From: an uncultured Muribaculaceae bacterium
GTDB taxonomy: Bacteria > Bacillota_I > Bacilli_A > RF39 > UBA660
Direction: 5' to 3'
Length of the DNA stretch: 54,340 bases
NCBI GenBank assembly: GCA_964461005.1
Contig: CAYWQQ010000001.1
Location: forward strand, 5,890-60,229
Below, one piece after another: positions 1 through 9,391 of this stretch. The notes beneath the pieces were generated by a model. The model did not search any database. It saw only the letters and a list, made by a program, of their open reading frames with translations, and was not told where the DNA came from. Made by a program: the position numbers and the translations under genes. The first letter of the stretch is position 1; every line of letters starts with the position of its first letter.

Positions 1-236
1 GGTTTGAATTCTGTTTCTTGTACTGGTTCAACTACTTTTGGTTGTTCAACTGGTTCTTCGAATCCAAATGGTTTGAATTCTGTTTCTTGTACTGGTTCAA
101 CTACTTTTGGTTGTTCAACTGGTTGTTCAAATGCAAATGGTTTGAACTCTGCTTCTTGTACTGGTTCAACTACTTTTGGTTGTTCAACCGGTTCTTCGAA
201 TCCAAATGGTTTGAATTCTGTTTCTTGTACTGGTTC
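1..236. repeat. 69-bp tandem repeat, 3.4 copies in the window (1-69, 70-138, 139-207, 208-236 partial), probably continuing beyond the window
   Basis: Direct reading: the unit ggtttgaattctgtttcttgtactggttcaactacttttggttgttcaactggttcttcgaatccaaat recurs with period 69 and about 3 substitutions per copy. The period is 23 codons, in frame with the minus-strand CDS. Confidence 0.95.
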
Positions 237-494
237 TGTATATGAAGAACCATTCATACTATTTGTCTCAAAAGAAGAGTTTGTAGTAAAATCATTAACT
301 TGATTATTCATTGATGCTATATCAATAGGATTAATACTATTTGTTTCAAAAGATTTGTTTGTTTCTAATCCCATACTTTCCTTATTATAATTACTTTCTT
401 TTATTTTAGTATTTTTATTTCCTTTTTTTCTACTAACTAAAAAACCAATTAAAATTAAAACTATTGCAATTCCAACCCCAACAACATATACATA
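1..494 (-). CDS. membrane-anchored protein with 23-aa Glu/Pro-rich tandem repeats (partial; 3' end runs off the left edge)
   Basis: Absent from the ORF track because no stop lies in the window. The reverse-strand frame with codons starting at 494, 491 and so on is open down to position 1. It reads MYMLFGVGIAIVLILIGFLVSRKKGNKNTKIKESNYNKESMGLETNKSFETNSINPIDIASMNNQVNDFTTNSSFETNSMNGSSYT, then repeats of EPVQETEFKPFGFEEPVEQPKVV. There is one N-terminal TM helix followed by RKK. The start is uncertain (ATG 494 or 488, weak SD; see the finding on ATG 540). Confidence 0.65.
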
Positions 495-608
495 ATTATC
501 TTCTAAGAAAACTAGTATATCATTTAGTAATGTTTCCATTTATTCTTCCTCCTATTATAAGAATATCATTATTTATTTGTTTTTGCAATAATATAGTTGT
601 TTTTAAAT

Positions 609-636
609 CAAAAAAAAAGATTCTTGCGAATCTTTC
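609..636 (-). terminator. rho-independent terminator after the YfcC-like transporter gene
   Basis: Stem aaagattc (616-623) / gaatcttt (628-635) with loop ttgc. On the minus strand it is followed by a T-run (complement of the A-run at 610-617). It lies immediately 3' of the stop at 642. Confidence 0.7.
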
Positions 637-641
637 GTTTT

Positions 642-2048
642 TTACAATAACATCAATATATATAATGTAATCATAACTACTACTAACATTGCCAATAAAA
701 TTTTCCAAATGTGTTTTAACCATTTAGAATATTCTACTTCGAAATATGATAAACCTGTCAATAAGTAGATGCTAACTGGTGCTATTAACATAGCTAAACC
801 AAACATTGTTTGTTGAACAAACACTAATAAAGGTAAGTCTGTTGCTCCCTTTAACGCAGTGTTTGCTGCTCCAGTCACATAATTAGTAATAAATGTTTCA
901 TTTACAAATGATGCTCCAAAGAATGAAACAAAAGAATATGTAAATAAATTGAATCCTTTTGTTAATCCCATAAAGAAATTAATAATTGTTGTTAAAATTC
1001 CTGTTTGAGATAAAAATGTAAATGCCATGCTTGATAATGCTACAAATAAAATTGTTGGTAAGAATTTTTTGATACCTGATATAATTCCTTCATACACTTC
1101 TTCCCATTTTACTTTGTAAATTAAGCTTATTAACACTGTAGCCATTGATATTAATATCGTTGCTTCAGTTAATGTCCAAGTTCCTAATTCAATAATTGTA
1201 ATTCCAAATAGGCTCTTGAAAATTGGAAAACCAAATAGTTTAAATTCAATAATAAACTTGTGTAGATTAGCGAAAATGTCTAATTTGTACATTTCTGCCC
1301 AAGGTGTTATTCCTAAAATAAACATACCTAGAATTACACTAAAGACAGTAATTATAGGCCACAATATAATTTTCTTTTTACCGGGAATTTTTTCGATAAA
1401 TAAAATTGATTCATCTATTTCTTCTTTTTCTTTGCCTTTTAATAATTTAGCATTGAAATGTAAAAATAATCCCATTACTAACATACCTAGTATTACTAAA
1501 GCTAATTTGTAAACTCCATAAGCAATACCTGGATCAACATAAGATGCTATTACTGTATATAAATTTGTAGCATAGAAACTACCAATATATCCTAATAATA
1601 TTGAACCAATTATTGATATTAATGAAATCACTTTACTAAATCCTGCATTTAGTAATATCGCCATTAAAAATGGTAAAAAGAACATTAGTACAAAACTCAT
1701 ACCTGTTAAACTTGTTAACAAAATAATAAATGTTGATAATAAAATGATAAATAGCTTTTCTTTATTCTTAATAACACCTGTTATTTTTTCTGTTAAATAG
1801 CGAAGCGCTCCTGTTTTATTGATAACTCCATAAAACATAGCTGTGAAAATTAAAAATAAAGCTGTTGGGAAAAACCAAGCTATTTGCAATGAAAAATAGT
1901 AAAATAAATCCCAAATTCCAACCGGATTAATTTTGTCTATAACTAAAGCTCCGCTTTCATTAGTTATTGTCGATGGAATTATCCAAGTTAATAAGAAGAT
2001 AACTCCAATTGTAATTAAAAAAATTGTCCATAATTTTTTGTTTTTCAT
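642..2048 (-). CDS. YfcC/DcuC-family (C4-dicarboxylate anaerobic carrier-like) integral membrane transporter
   Basis: 468-aa polytopic membrane protein. Length and architecture resemble the YfcC family (N-terminal KKxW-TM, central hydrophilic loop, VINKTGAL and LIAP-type segments). SD aggaga lies 5 nt upstream of ATG 2048. The family call is from memory of the family, not from a search. Confidence 0.55.
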   Translation of the reverse strand: MKNKKLWTIFLITIGVIFLLTWIIPSTITNESGALVIDKINPVGIWDLFYYFSLQIAWFFPTALFLIFTAMFYGVINKTGALRYLTEKITGVIKNKEKLFIILLSTFIILLTSLTGMSFVLMFFLPFLMAILLNAGFSKVISLISIIGSILLGYIGSFYATNLYTVIASYVDPGIAYGVYKLALVILGMLVMGLFLHFNAKLLKGKEKEEIDESILFIEKIPGKKKIILWPIITVFSVILGMFILGITPWAEMYKLDIFANLHKFIIEFKLFGFPIFKSLFGITIIELGTWTLTEATILISMATVLISLIYKVKWEEVYEGIISGIKKFLPTILFVALSSMAFTFLSQTGILTTIINFFMGLTKGFNLFTYSFVSFFGASFVNETFITNYVTGAANTALKGATDLPLLVFVQQTMFGLAMLIAPVSIYLLTGLSYFEVEYSKWLKHIWKILLAMLVVVMITLYILMLL

Positions 2049-2057
2049 ATTTTTCTC

Positions 2058-3536
2058 CTATCTCTTTTCTTTCATATGTGGGAACAAAATAACTTCTCTA
2101 ATGCTTTCTGCTCCCGTGATTAACATGACTATTCTATCAATTCCCAATCCAATTCCACCTGTAGGTGGCATTCCATATTCTAAAGCTTCAACATAATCTT
2201 CATCCATTTCGTTAGCTTCATCATTCCCAAGATTTTTTTCAAGTATTTGATTTTCAAATCTTTCTCTTTGGTCAATTGGATCATTTAATTCGCTAAAAGC
2301 ATTGCCATACTCATCACCACAGATAAATAATTCAAATCTTTCAGTAAATCTTTCGTCTTTGCTTTTTTTAGCTAAAGGACTAATTTCGATTGGATGGCCA
2401 TATATAAAGGTTGGCTCAATTATTGTTTCTTCAACATACTTTTCAAAGAAAGCGTTGATGATGTGTCCAACTTTAAAATGATCTTTGACTTCTATGTCGT
2501 GTTCTTTGGCTATCTTTTTAGCTGCTTCTATAGTCATTTGCTGGTAGAAATCGACATTACAAACTTCTTTTATAGCTTCAACCATATGTTTTCTTTTAAA
2601 TGTTCCATTAAAGTCTAGTTTGCTGCCTTTCCATTCTAATTCATAACTGTTTTTTACTTTAAAAATAATTTCTTTAAAAATATTTTCGCAGAGATTCATC
2701 ATTCCTTCCATATCACTATATGCTTTATATATTTCTATTGTCGTAAATTCCGGATTATGATTACGATCCATTCCTTCATTTCGAAATAATCTACCTATTT
2801 CATATACTCCGTCCATACCACCTACAATAAGACGTTTTAATGGTAATTCAGTTGCAATTCTTAGATACATATCTAAATTTAAAGTGTTATGATGAGTAAC
2901 AAAAGGTCTTGCTGCTGCTCCTCCTAATATTGTTCCCAAAATTGGAGTTTCAACTTCAACATAACCTAAACTGTCTAAATAATTTTGTAATACTCTAATA
3001 ATCTTAGGTCTTGTAAAAGCTATGTCTCTAGCTTCTTCATTCATTATCAAATCAACATATCGACGACGATATCTTTCTTCGATATCTACTAATTTATGAA
3101 ATTTATCTGGTAATGGTTTTAAAGCTTTAACTAAATGAGTATATTTATAAGCTTTTACACTTAATTCACCCATATGAGTTCTAAATATTTTTCCACTTAT
3201 TCCAATAATATCTCCTAAATCAGCATCTTCAAAAATTTGATATGCTTCTTCTCCAATATTATCAATTTTTACATAAATTTGAATTTGTCCATATTTATCT
3301 TGAATATTAATAAACCCAGCTTTGCCTTTTACTCTTTTAGTCATTATCCTTCCTGCTACGGAAACAGAAATGTTTTTTTCTTCTAATTCCTCATTAGTAA
3401 AAGAATCACATGTTTCTTTTATTATTTGAGAATTCGAATTTATTTGATAAGTACTCCCAAAAGGATCGATACCTTTTAATGATAAATTTTTAGCTTTTTC
3501 TCTTCTTACTTGTTCTTGTTCTGTAAATTCTCTCAT
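2058..3536 (-). CDS. lysS: lysine--tRNA ligase (class II)
   Basis: 492 aa with an N-terminal OB anticodon-binding domain and class II motifs (FRNEG, GGIGLGIDR). SD aggtga precedes the ATG. Confidence 0.95.
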   Translation of the reverse strand: MREFTEQEQVRREKAKNLSLKGIDPFGSTYQINSNSQIIKETCDSFTNEELEEKNISVSVAGRIMTKRVKGKAGFINIQDKYGQIQIYVKIDNIGEEAYQIFEDADLGDIIGISGKIFRTHMGELSVKAYKYTHLVKALKPLPDKFHKLVDIEERYRRRYVDLIMNEEARDIAFTRPKIIRVLQNYLDSLGYVEVETPILGTILGGAAARPFVTHHNTLNLDMYLRIATELPLKRLIVGGMDGVYEIGRLFRNEGMDRNHNPEFTTIEIYKAYSDMEGMMNLCENIFKEIIFKVKNSYELEWKGSKLDFNGTFKRKHMVEAIKEVCNVDFYQQMTIEAAKKIAKEHDIEVKDHFKVGHIINAFFEKYVEETIIEPTFIYGHPIEISPLAKKSKDERFTERFELFICGDEYGNAFSELNDPIDQRERFENQILEKNLGNDEANEMDEDYVEALEYGMPPTGGIGLGIDRIVMLITGAESIREVILFPHMKEKR

Positions 3537-3572
3537 GTAATCACCTACTATCTATTTTATATCATTATATTG

Positions 3573-4541
3573 TTATTGTAAAGTTTCATCTCTTTGAAAT
3601 ATATTTAATATAGTTGCTAATTCAGATATTTTTGTGGCTTGATTAATTTTCTTTTTTAGTTCAGCTGTGTTATTAACACCTTTAAAATACCAAGCTATAT
3701 GTTTTCTCATTTCTAATACAACTTTTTTTTCTGGATTGTCTTCTGATAAATATTTTATATGTTTTAATATTAATTTGATTCTGTCTTTAACACTAATATT
3801 TGCTTCACTATTATTAATAATTTCTTGTATTAGCCAAGGGTTACCTAATAATCCTCTTCCAATCATAACGGCATCACACTTTGTTTCTTGCAACATTCTA
3901 TTTGCATCTCTAAAAGTTTTTATATCGCCATTACCAATAACCGGTATATTAACATTTTCTTTCACTTGTTTAATAATATCCCAATCTGATAAACCACTAT
4001 ATCCTTGTGACCTAGTTCGCGGATGAATTGTTATAGCTTTTGCTCCAGCCTTTTCAATGATTTTTGCCACTTCGACAGCATTGATTGAATTTTGATCCCA
4101 GCCACTTCTTATTTTTACTGTTACTGGACAAGAGACAGAATTGACAACTGATTTAACAATTTCAAATACTTTTTTTGGATCTTTAAGTAAAGCTGAACCC
4201 GCTTGTGACTTAATAGCTACCTTTGGTACAGGACAACCCATATTAATATCAATAATATCTGGTTTCATAATCTTTTCAATTATCTTTGCCGCTTCAACAA
4301 ATGACTCTGTGTCGCTTCCAAATATTTGCTGAGCAATAGGTCTTTCTTCTTCAGTGAATTTTAACATTTTTTTTGTTTTTTCATTGTCATATACAATAGC
4401 TTTATCACTAACCATTTCTGCAAAAACTAAACCACAACCCATTTCTTTTACAATTCTTCGAAAAGCACTATCACATATTCCTGCCATTGGCGCTAAACAA
4501 ATGTTGTTATTAATTTCTACATTTCCAATTTTAAAACTCAT
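3573..4541 (-). CDS. dusB: tRNA-dihydrouridine synthase
   Basis: 322 aa with LAPMAG, DINMGCP and TIHPRTR motifs typical of the Dus family. It sits next to lysS as in B. subtilis. The start overlaps the pta stop by 11 nt. Confidence 0.9.
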   Translation of the reverse strand: MSFKIGNVEINNNICLAPMAGICDSAFRRIVKEMGCGLVFAEMVSDKAIVYDNEKTKKMLKFTEEERPIAQQIFGSDTESFVEAAKIIEKIMKPDIIDINMGCPVPKVAIKSQAGSALLKDPKKVFEIVKSVVNSVSCPVTVKIRSGWDQNSINAVEVAKIIEKAGAKAITIHPRTRSQGYSGLSDWDIIKQVKENVNIPVIGNGDIKTFRDANRMLQETKCDAVMIGRGLLGNPWLIQEIINNSEANISVKDRIKLILKHIKYLSEDNPEKKVVLEMRKHIAWYFKGVNNTAELKKKINQATKISELATILNIFQRDETLQ

Positions 4542-5511
4542 TTTCTATACCTTGAGTAATAGTAACTAAAACAGCATTAATAATATCCTCAACATCACAA
4601 CCACGTGACAAATCATTTAATGGTTTTGAAAAACCGTGACATAAAGGGCCAATTGCTTTTGCATCAGCTAATCTTTCAACTAATTTATACCCAATATTAC
4701 CTGAATCTACATCTGGAAATATCAATATATTTGCCTTTCCTTGTAAAGGACTTCCCGGACATTTAATTTTATATACTTCTGGAATAATTGCTGCATCTAA
4801 TTGAATTTCTCCGTCAATAATTAAATCTTTATTCTTCTCTTTTACTATTTCTAAAACATTTTTTATTTTTAATGACTTTTCATTAATAGCACTTCCATAA
4901 GTTGAATGGGATAATAAAGCTATTTTTGGTTCCATATCAAAAATATTTTTAGCAATCTTTGCTGTTTCTATAGATATTTTTGCTAAATCTTCTGAAGTAG
5001 GTGAAATATTCATTCCACAATCTGCAAATATAAAAAATCCATTATCTCCAAATTCTTGGTTATTTAATTGCATTGCAAAAAAACTAAATACTAAAGTCTC
5101 CTTAGTTTTAGGTTTAACTATCTTTAAACCGTTTTTCATCACTTCAGCTGATTTATATTTAGCTCCTGCCACAACACCATCAACTTCGTTTAAAACAAGC
5201 ATTAAACACGATAAAGAAAGATTGTCCTTAACAATATCCTCACTAACATTAATATCTTTTAAAACCTCTATATATTTAGATAAATCAATATTGTTTGGAT
5301 CAATAATGGCTATATTTATTAAATTAATTTTATTTTCTTTTGACATTAATTCAATTTTTTGTTGGTTTCCTATTAAAATTATATTTGCTAAATCATTTGA
5401 AGACAAAAAAGAAGCTGCTCTTAAGACTCTTATATCTTCTCCTTCAGCTAAAATTATTTTTTTCTTTGGATTGGCTTTTACTTTTTTAATAAGATTATCA
5501 ATTTTTGTCAT
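4531..5511 (-). CDS. pta: phosphate acetyltransferase
   Basis: 326 aa with a typical Pta N-terminus (KKIILAEGEDIRVLRAA) and C-terminal SRG motif. SD aggag. Confidence 0.9.
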   Translation of the reverse strand: MTKIDNLIKKVKANPKKKIILAEGEDIRVLRAASFLSSNDLANIILIGNQQKIELMSKENKINLINIAIIDPNNIDLSKYIEVLKDINVSEDIVKDNLSLSCLMLVLNEVDGVVAGAKYKSAEVMKNGLKIVKPKTKETLVFSFFAMQLNNQEFGDNGFFIFADCGMNISPTSEDLAKISIETAKIAKNIFDMEPKIALLSHSTYGSAINEKSLKIKNVLEIVKEKNKDLIIDGEIQLDAAIIPEVYKIKCPGSPLQGKANILIFPDVDSGNIGYKLVERLADAKAIGPLCHGFSKPLNDLSRGCDVEDIINAVLVTITQGIENEF

Positions 5512-5525
5512 ATTCTAACTCCTAA

Positions 5526-5741
5526 CTATAATCTTGTTTTAATTTGTGTAATTACTTCTTCTACTGTTTCTCCTTTAATTAACATACCATTCATTAATAC
5601 AAAAACATTTGCTGCACCAATAGCGCATAAATTTTGACATCCTAATTCAAATTTAGCTGTACTATCTAATTTTAGAATTTCTGCTTGTAATTCGTCTGTA
5701 TATTCTCCATTACAAATATCACACATTTTATATATATTCAT
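5526..5741 (-). CDS. DUF1450 (YuzB/UPF0349-like) small Cys-rich protein
   Basis: 71 aa with the pattern C-x2-C ... GC-x3-C ... LMNG-x-IKGETVEE, resembling B. subtilis YuzB. Strong SD aggagg. Confidence 0.55.
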   Translation of the reverse strand: MNIYKMCDICNGEYTDELQAEILKLDSTAKFELGCQNLCAIGAANVFVLMNGMLIKGETVEEVITQIKTRL

Positions 5742-5751
5742 TTCTTTCCTC

Positions 5752-6555
5752 CTATCTTATAAAAAATAATAATAATATTATCCCTAAAATAATACGATAA
5801 TATCCAAAAACTTTAAAGTCATGGTTTTTAATATAATTTAAAATTAATTTTATTACTAAAATAGATACAATAAAAGCTGTTACTGTGCCTATGATAAGGA
5901 CAATCCATTCTGTTGCAGAAAAAGCAAAACCAATCTTAAGTAATTTAATTAAACCTGCTCCCAATAAAGCTGGAATAGCTAAAATAAATGAGAATTCTGA
6001 AGCGCTTTTTCTTGATAACCCTAAGATTAAAGCTCCTACTATAGTTGCCCCAGAACGTGAAGTGCCAGGAATTAATGCTAAAACTTGAAATATCCCTATT
6101 AGAAAAGCAACTTTATATGTTAAATCTTTTATATTTTCAATAACAATTTTCTTTTTATATTTTTCCACTAATAGTATTACTATTCCAAAGATAATTAACA
6201 TAATTGCCACAACTAAAGGTGTATAAAGTAATTCATCAACTTTGTCTTCAAATAAAAAACCACATATTGCTACTGGCAAAGAAGCTATAATGATCTTTAG
6301 CCATAAAGAAATTTTGTTTTTTACCTCTTCTTTGTTTTTTTGAAAAGGATTAATCTTGTTAAAAAACAAAATAATTACGGCTAATATTGATCCCAATTGA
6401 ATAACAACAAAAAATGTATCAATAAATTGTTTTTGAAAATTCATTTGTAAAAAACTTTCGGATACAATTAAATGACCTGTACTACTAATTGGTAACCATT
6501 CTGTTATGCCTTGAACTATTCCTAAAAAAATAGATTTAATTATTTCAATAATCAT
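5752..6555 (-). CDS. uppP: undecaprenyl-diphosphate phosphatase
   Basis: 267-aa membrane protein with GITEWLPISSTGHL and PGTSRSG motifs of BacA/UppP. Confidence 0.92.
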   Translation of the reverse strand: MIIEIIKSIFLGIVQGITEWLPISSTGHLIVSESFLQMNFQKQFIDTFFVVIQLGSILAVIILFFNKINPFQKNKEEVKNKISLWLKIIIASLPVAICGFLFEDKVDELLYTPLVVAIMLIIFGIVILLVEKYKKKIVIENIKDLTYKVAFLIGIFQVLALIPGTSRSGATIVGALILGLSRKSASEFSFILAIPALLGAGLIKLLKIGFAFSATEWIVLIIGTVTAFIVSILVIKLILNYIKNHDFKVFGYYRIILGIILLLFFIR

Positions 6556-6564
6556 ATATCACCT

Positions 6565-7662
6565 CTACACGTTGAATCTAAAATGACAAATATCTCCATC
6601 TTGCATCAAGTACTCTTTTCCTTCTAATCTCATTTTACCATTTTCTTTTACTTTTATTTCGCTACCCAATTCAAAAACATCATTATAGCTGATAACCTCT
6701 GCTCTAATAAAGCCTCTTTGAAAATCTGTATGTATTATTCCAGCACATTCTGGAGCTTTCATTCCTAATTTAAAAGTCCACGCTTTCACTTCCATTGGTC
6801 CACAAGTAAAAAATGTACCCAGCCCTAGTAAGTGATAAGTAGCTTTTATTAGTTGATCCAAGCCACTTGCTTCAATACCTAATTCTTCAAGAAAAATATT
6901 TTTTTCTTCATCTGTTAATTCACTAAGTTCAGATTCGATTTTAGCACACATTTCAATAACATCGTTTCCTTCAGCTTTAGCATATTCTCTAACTAATTCA
7001 ACATATTTGTTAGATGCTTTGATATCCTTTTCACTTATATTTGCTAAAAATATTATAGGTTTAGCAGTTAATAGATGATAAGATTTTAGTAAAGTATCTT
7101 CATCTTTGGTAAATTCCATACCTCTAACGGGTTGATTCTTTTGTAATCTTTCTTTTATCTTTTTTAACAATTCAACTTCAACTAAAGCTTCTTTATCTTT
7201 TGTATTAATTGCTTTTTTCTCTATTCTTAATAATCGATTACTTATGATATCTAGATCTGCTAATGCTAATTCAATTCCTATAGTTTCTATATCTCTAATT
7301 GGATCAATACTATTTTCAACATGAATAATATCATCATCATCAAAACAGCGAACAACTTCACAAATTGCATCAACTTCTCTAATATGAGATAAAAATTTAT
7401 TTCCTAATCCTTCACCACTTGAAGCTCCTTTTACTAAGCCAGCTATATCTTTAAATTCGTATGTAGTTGGTTTTACTTCTTCCGGGCAATAAATTTGTTC
7501 TAACATTTCTAATCTTTTATCAGGCACTGTAACTAATCCGATATTTGGATCAATCGTTGCAAAAGGATAATTAGCTGCTAAAATATTTTTTTTCGTAATA
7601 GCATTAAAAAGTGTGGATTTACCTACATTTGGTAAACCAATGATTCCTGCTGTTAAACTCAT
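6565..7662 (-). CDS. ychF: ribosome-binding ATPase YchF
   Basis: 365 aa with the GLPNVGKSTLFNA P-loop and a TGS-like C-terminus ending HFRFNV. Confidence 0.95.
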   Translation of the reverse strand: MSLTAGIIGLPNVGKSTLFNAITKKNILAANYPFATIDPNIGLVTVPDKRLEMLEQIYCPEEVKPTTYEFKDIAGLVKGASSGEGLGNKFLSHIREVDAICEVVRCFDDDDIIHVENSIDPIRDIETIGIELALADLDIISNRLLRIEKKAINTKDKEALVEVELLKKIKERLQKNQPVRGMEFTKDEDTLLKSYHLLTAKPIIFLANISEKDIKASNKYVELVREYAKAEGNDVIEMCAKIESELSELTDEEKNIFLEELGIEASGLDQLIKATYHLLGLGTFFTCGPMEVKAWTFKLGMKAPECAGIIHTDFQRGFIRAEVISYNDVFELGSEIKVKENGKMRLEGKEYLMQDGDICHFRFNV

Positions 7663-7671
7663 AATAACCTC

Positions 7672-9201
7672 CTAAACTGTTGGATAAGTTCCAATTCCAA
7701 TTGGTAGTCCGATTATATACCAAGATATAGCTAAAACCAACCATAATAGGAAGATTCCAATTATATATGGCCATAAAAGGCGATAACAATTTGCAAAAGA
7801 AATTTGTTCTTCATTCTTGTTATATAACTCTAAATAACCTATTAACATAATAAAATAGGTAGATAATGGTGTCATTATATTAGAAGCACTTTCACCTATT
7901 CTAAATATTATTTGAGCAAATTGTGCTGTAATATTCGATTTCATCATTGAAGGAACAATTGCTGGGCTCATTATTGCCCACTTTGTAACAGAAGACGTTA
8001 AAAACATATTGGCAATAAAAACAACAATTATTATTAAAATAATCAATGGTAAGGCAGAAAAATTAAGACTATTAACTATATCAACTAAATATGCACTTAA
8101 AACAATCCCAATATTACTTCTCCTAAAAATCGCTATCAATTGAGATGCTAAAAATATTAATACTAGGAAACTTCCTATTTTGTCTAAAGAACTATATATG
8201 GTTTTAGAAAAATCCTCTTTGCTTTTAATCGTATGAGAACCAAGACCGTATAAGATACCGCCAACAAATAAAACAATTGAAATCAAGTATGTAATTGAAG
8301 ACATAAAATATGAATTATTACTATATAATTGATCAAGATAATTTGTTTTACTCATGTCCAACAACAATCCTGAACCAGGCAATCCTGGAATTGTTATATA
8401 TATAAATAACAATAAGGTAATAATGATACCAATGGTAGCTAAAAACAATCCGTTCTTTTCACTCTTTGTTACAATTAACTCTTCTTCAGATACAGGATAT
8501 TTATTTAATTTATAAAGAGTAATTTTTTCAGTAATATAAGTAATTAAAAAAGCTAATGAAACGGTTCCAATAATCATAAAAAATAAATTACTATGACTTC
8601 CTAAAATAAAGTTTGAGTCAATTAATTTTGCTCCAGACTCAGTATATGGTGATAAACCATATTCTAAATTTGATAAAACAAAGTTTATTCCTTGCCCGGA
8701 AATTAAAGCAACAAATGATGTAATTATTGCTCCTATCGGATTTCTATTATTATAATAATAAAACATTGCTGCTAATGGAATTAAAACTACGTAACCAACA
8801 TCACTTAAAAATGTTATAAGTATACTAATCAATGCTAGGAAAAAAGTCATCCAAAAACGATTTATTTTTTTGCCAAAGCGAGTAAAAAGATGCTTCAATA
8901 ATCCAGTTTTTGTCGCCACACCTATTCCTATCGTTGCTATTAAGAAAGAAGCTAAAGGTGCAAAACCTACAAAGTTAACAAAAGCATTGCCAATAATATC
9001 TTTAAGCTCAGAAAAATGAAATAAATTTACAACACTAACGATAGCTGATTCGATATTACCAGTAACACCGTCTACCTTTAAATAGCTAGTTTGTAAGCCC
9101 AATTTATTACCAATTAAACTTAATATCATTGTGATAACTATTAATAGACAAAAAGAAATAATGGCATTACCAAAAATCTTTTTTGATTTAATTTCTTTCA
9201 T
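7672..9201 (-). CDS. AbgT-family transporter (p-aminobenzoyl-glutamate / antimetabolite efflux family)
   Basis: 509-aa polytopic protein. Segments VNFVGFAPLASFLIATIGIGVATKTGLL and DVGYVVLIPLAAMFY..NRNPIGAI match conserved AbgT blocks as I recall them. Confidence 0.75.
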   Translation of the reverse strand: MKEIKSKKIFGNAIISFCLLIVITMILSLIGNKLGLQTSYLKVDGVTGNIESAIVSVVNLFHFSELKDIIGNAFVNFVGFAPLASFLIATIGIGVATKTGLLKHLFTRFGKKINRFWMTFFLALISILITFLSDVGYVVLIPLAAMFYYYNNRNPIGAIITSFVALISGQGINFVLSNLEYGLSPYTESGAKLIDSNFILGSHSNLFFMIIGTVSLAFLITYITEKITLYKLNKYPVSEEELIVTKSEKNGLFLATIGIIITLLLFIYITIPGLPGSGLLLDMSKTNYLDQLYSNNSYFMSSITYLISIVLFVGGILYGLGSHTIKSKEDFSKTIYSSLDKIGSFLVLIFLASQLIAIFRRSNIGIVLSAYLVDIVNSLNFSALPLIILIIIVVFIANMFLTSSVTKWAIMSPAIVPSMMKSNITAQFAQIIFRIGESASNIMTPLSTYFIMLIGYLELYNKNEEQISFANCYRLLWPYIIGIFLLWLVLAISWYIIGLPIGIGTYPTV

Positions 9202-9203
9202 GA

Positions 9204-9389
9204 TTATTCCTCCACAATTTTTTTAATTCTTTTATCAAAATCAATGCGATCCATCATAATTGAATGATTACATTTTAAACATCTTATTTTTATGTCAATA
9301 CCAGTTCTCGTCACTTCGAAAACATCATTACCACAAGGATGGGCTTTTTTCATAACAACTTTGTTACCTACTTTATATTCCTTTTTCAT
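9204..9389 (-). CDS. DUF951 family protein (YyzM-like)
   Basis: 61 aa with the motif VVMKKAHPCG...IKIRCLKCNHSIMM..FDKRIKK, as in B. subtilis YyzM. The position between parB and ychF is conserved. Confidence 0.8.
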   Translation of the reverse strand: MKKEYKVGNKVVMKKAHPCGNDVFEVTRTGIDIKIRCLKCNHSIMMDRIDFDKRIKKIVEE

Positions 9390-9391
9390 AA

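Noticed and set aside
1-236. The 69-bp tandem repeat or the 16-bp repeats as a CRISPR array
   Set aside because: The 69-bp units are directly adjacent with no spacers and are in-frame coding sequence. The 16-bp repeats occur only twice. No cas genes are present.
4-303. 99-aa and 75-aa plus-strand ORFs (4..303 and 18..245) with repetitive Cys/Ser/Thr/Gly or Phe/Trp-rich sequence
   Set aside because: They are antisense or alternative-frame readings of the 69-bp tandem repeat. The minus-strand frame gives a coherent TM-anchored protein continuous with non-repeat N-terminal sequence, a promoter and an SD. The plus-strand ORFs have no start context.
520-723. 67-aa minus-strand ORF spanning the YfcC-like 3' end and the intergenic spacer
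   Set aside because: It runs through a rho-independent terminator (609-636) and the promoter/SD region of the repeat-protein gene, and it overlaps the end of the transporter gene. It is most likely a chance ORF in AT-rich DNA.
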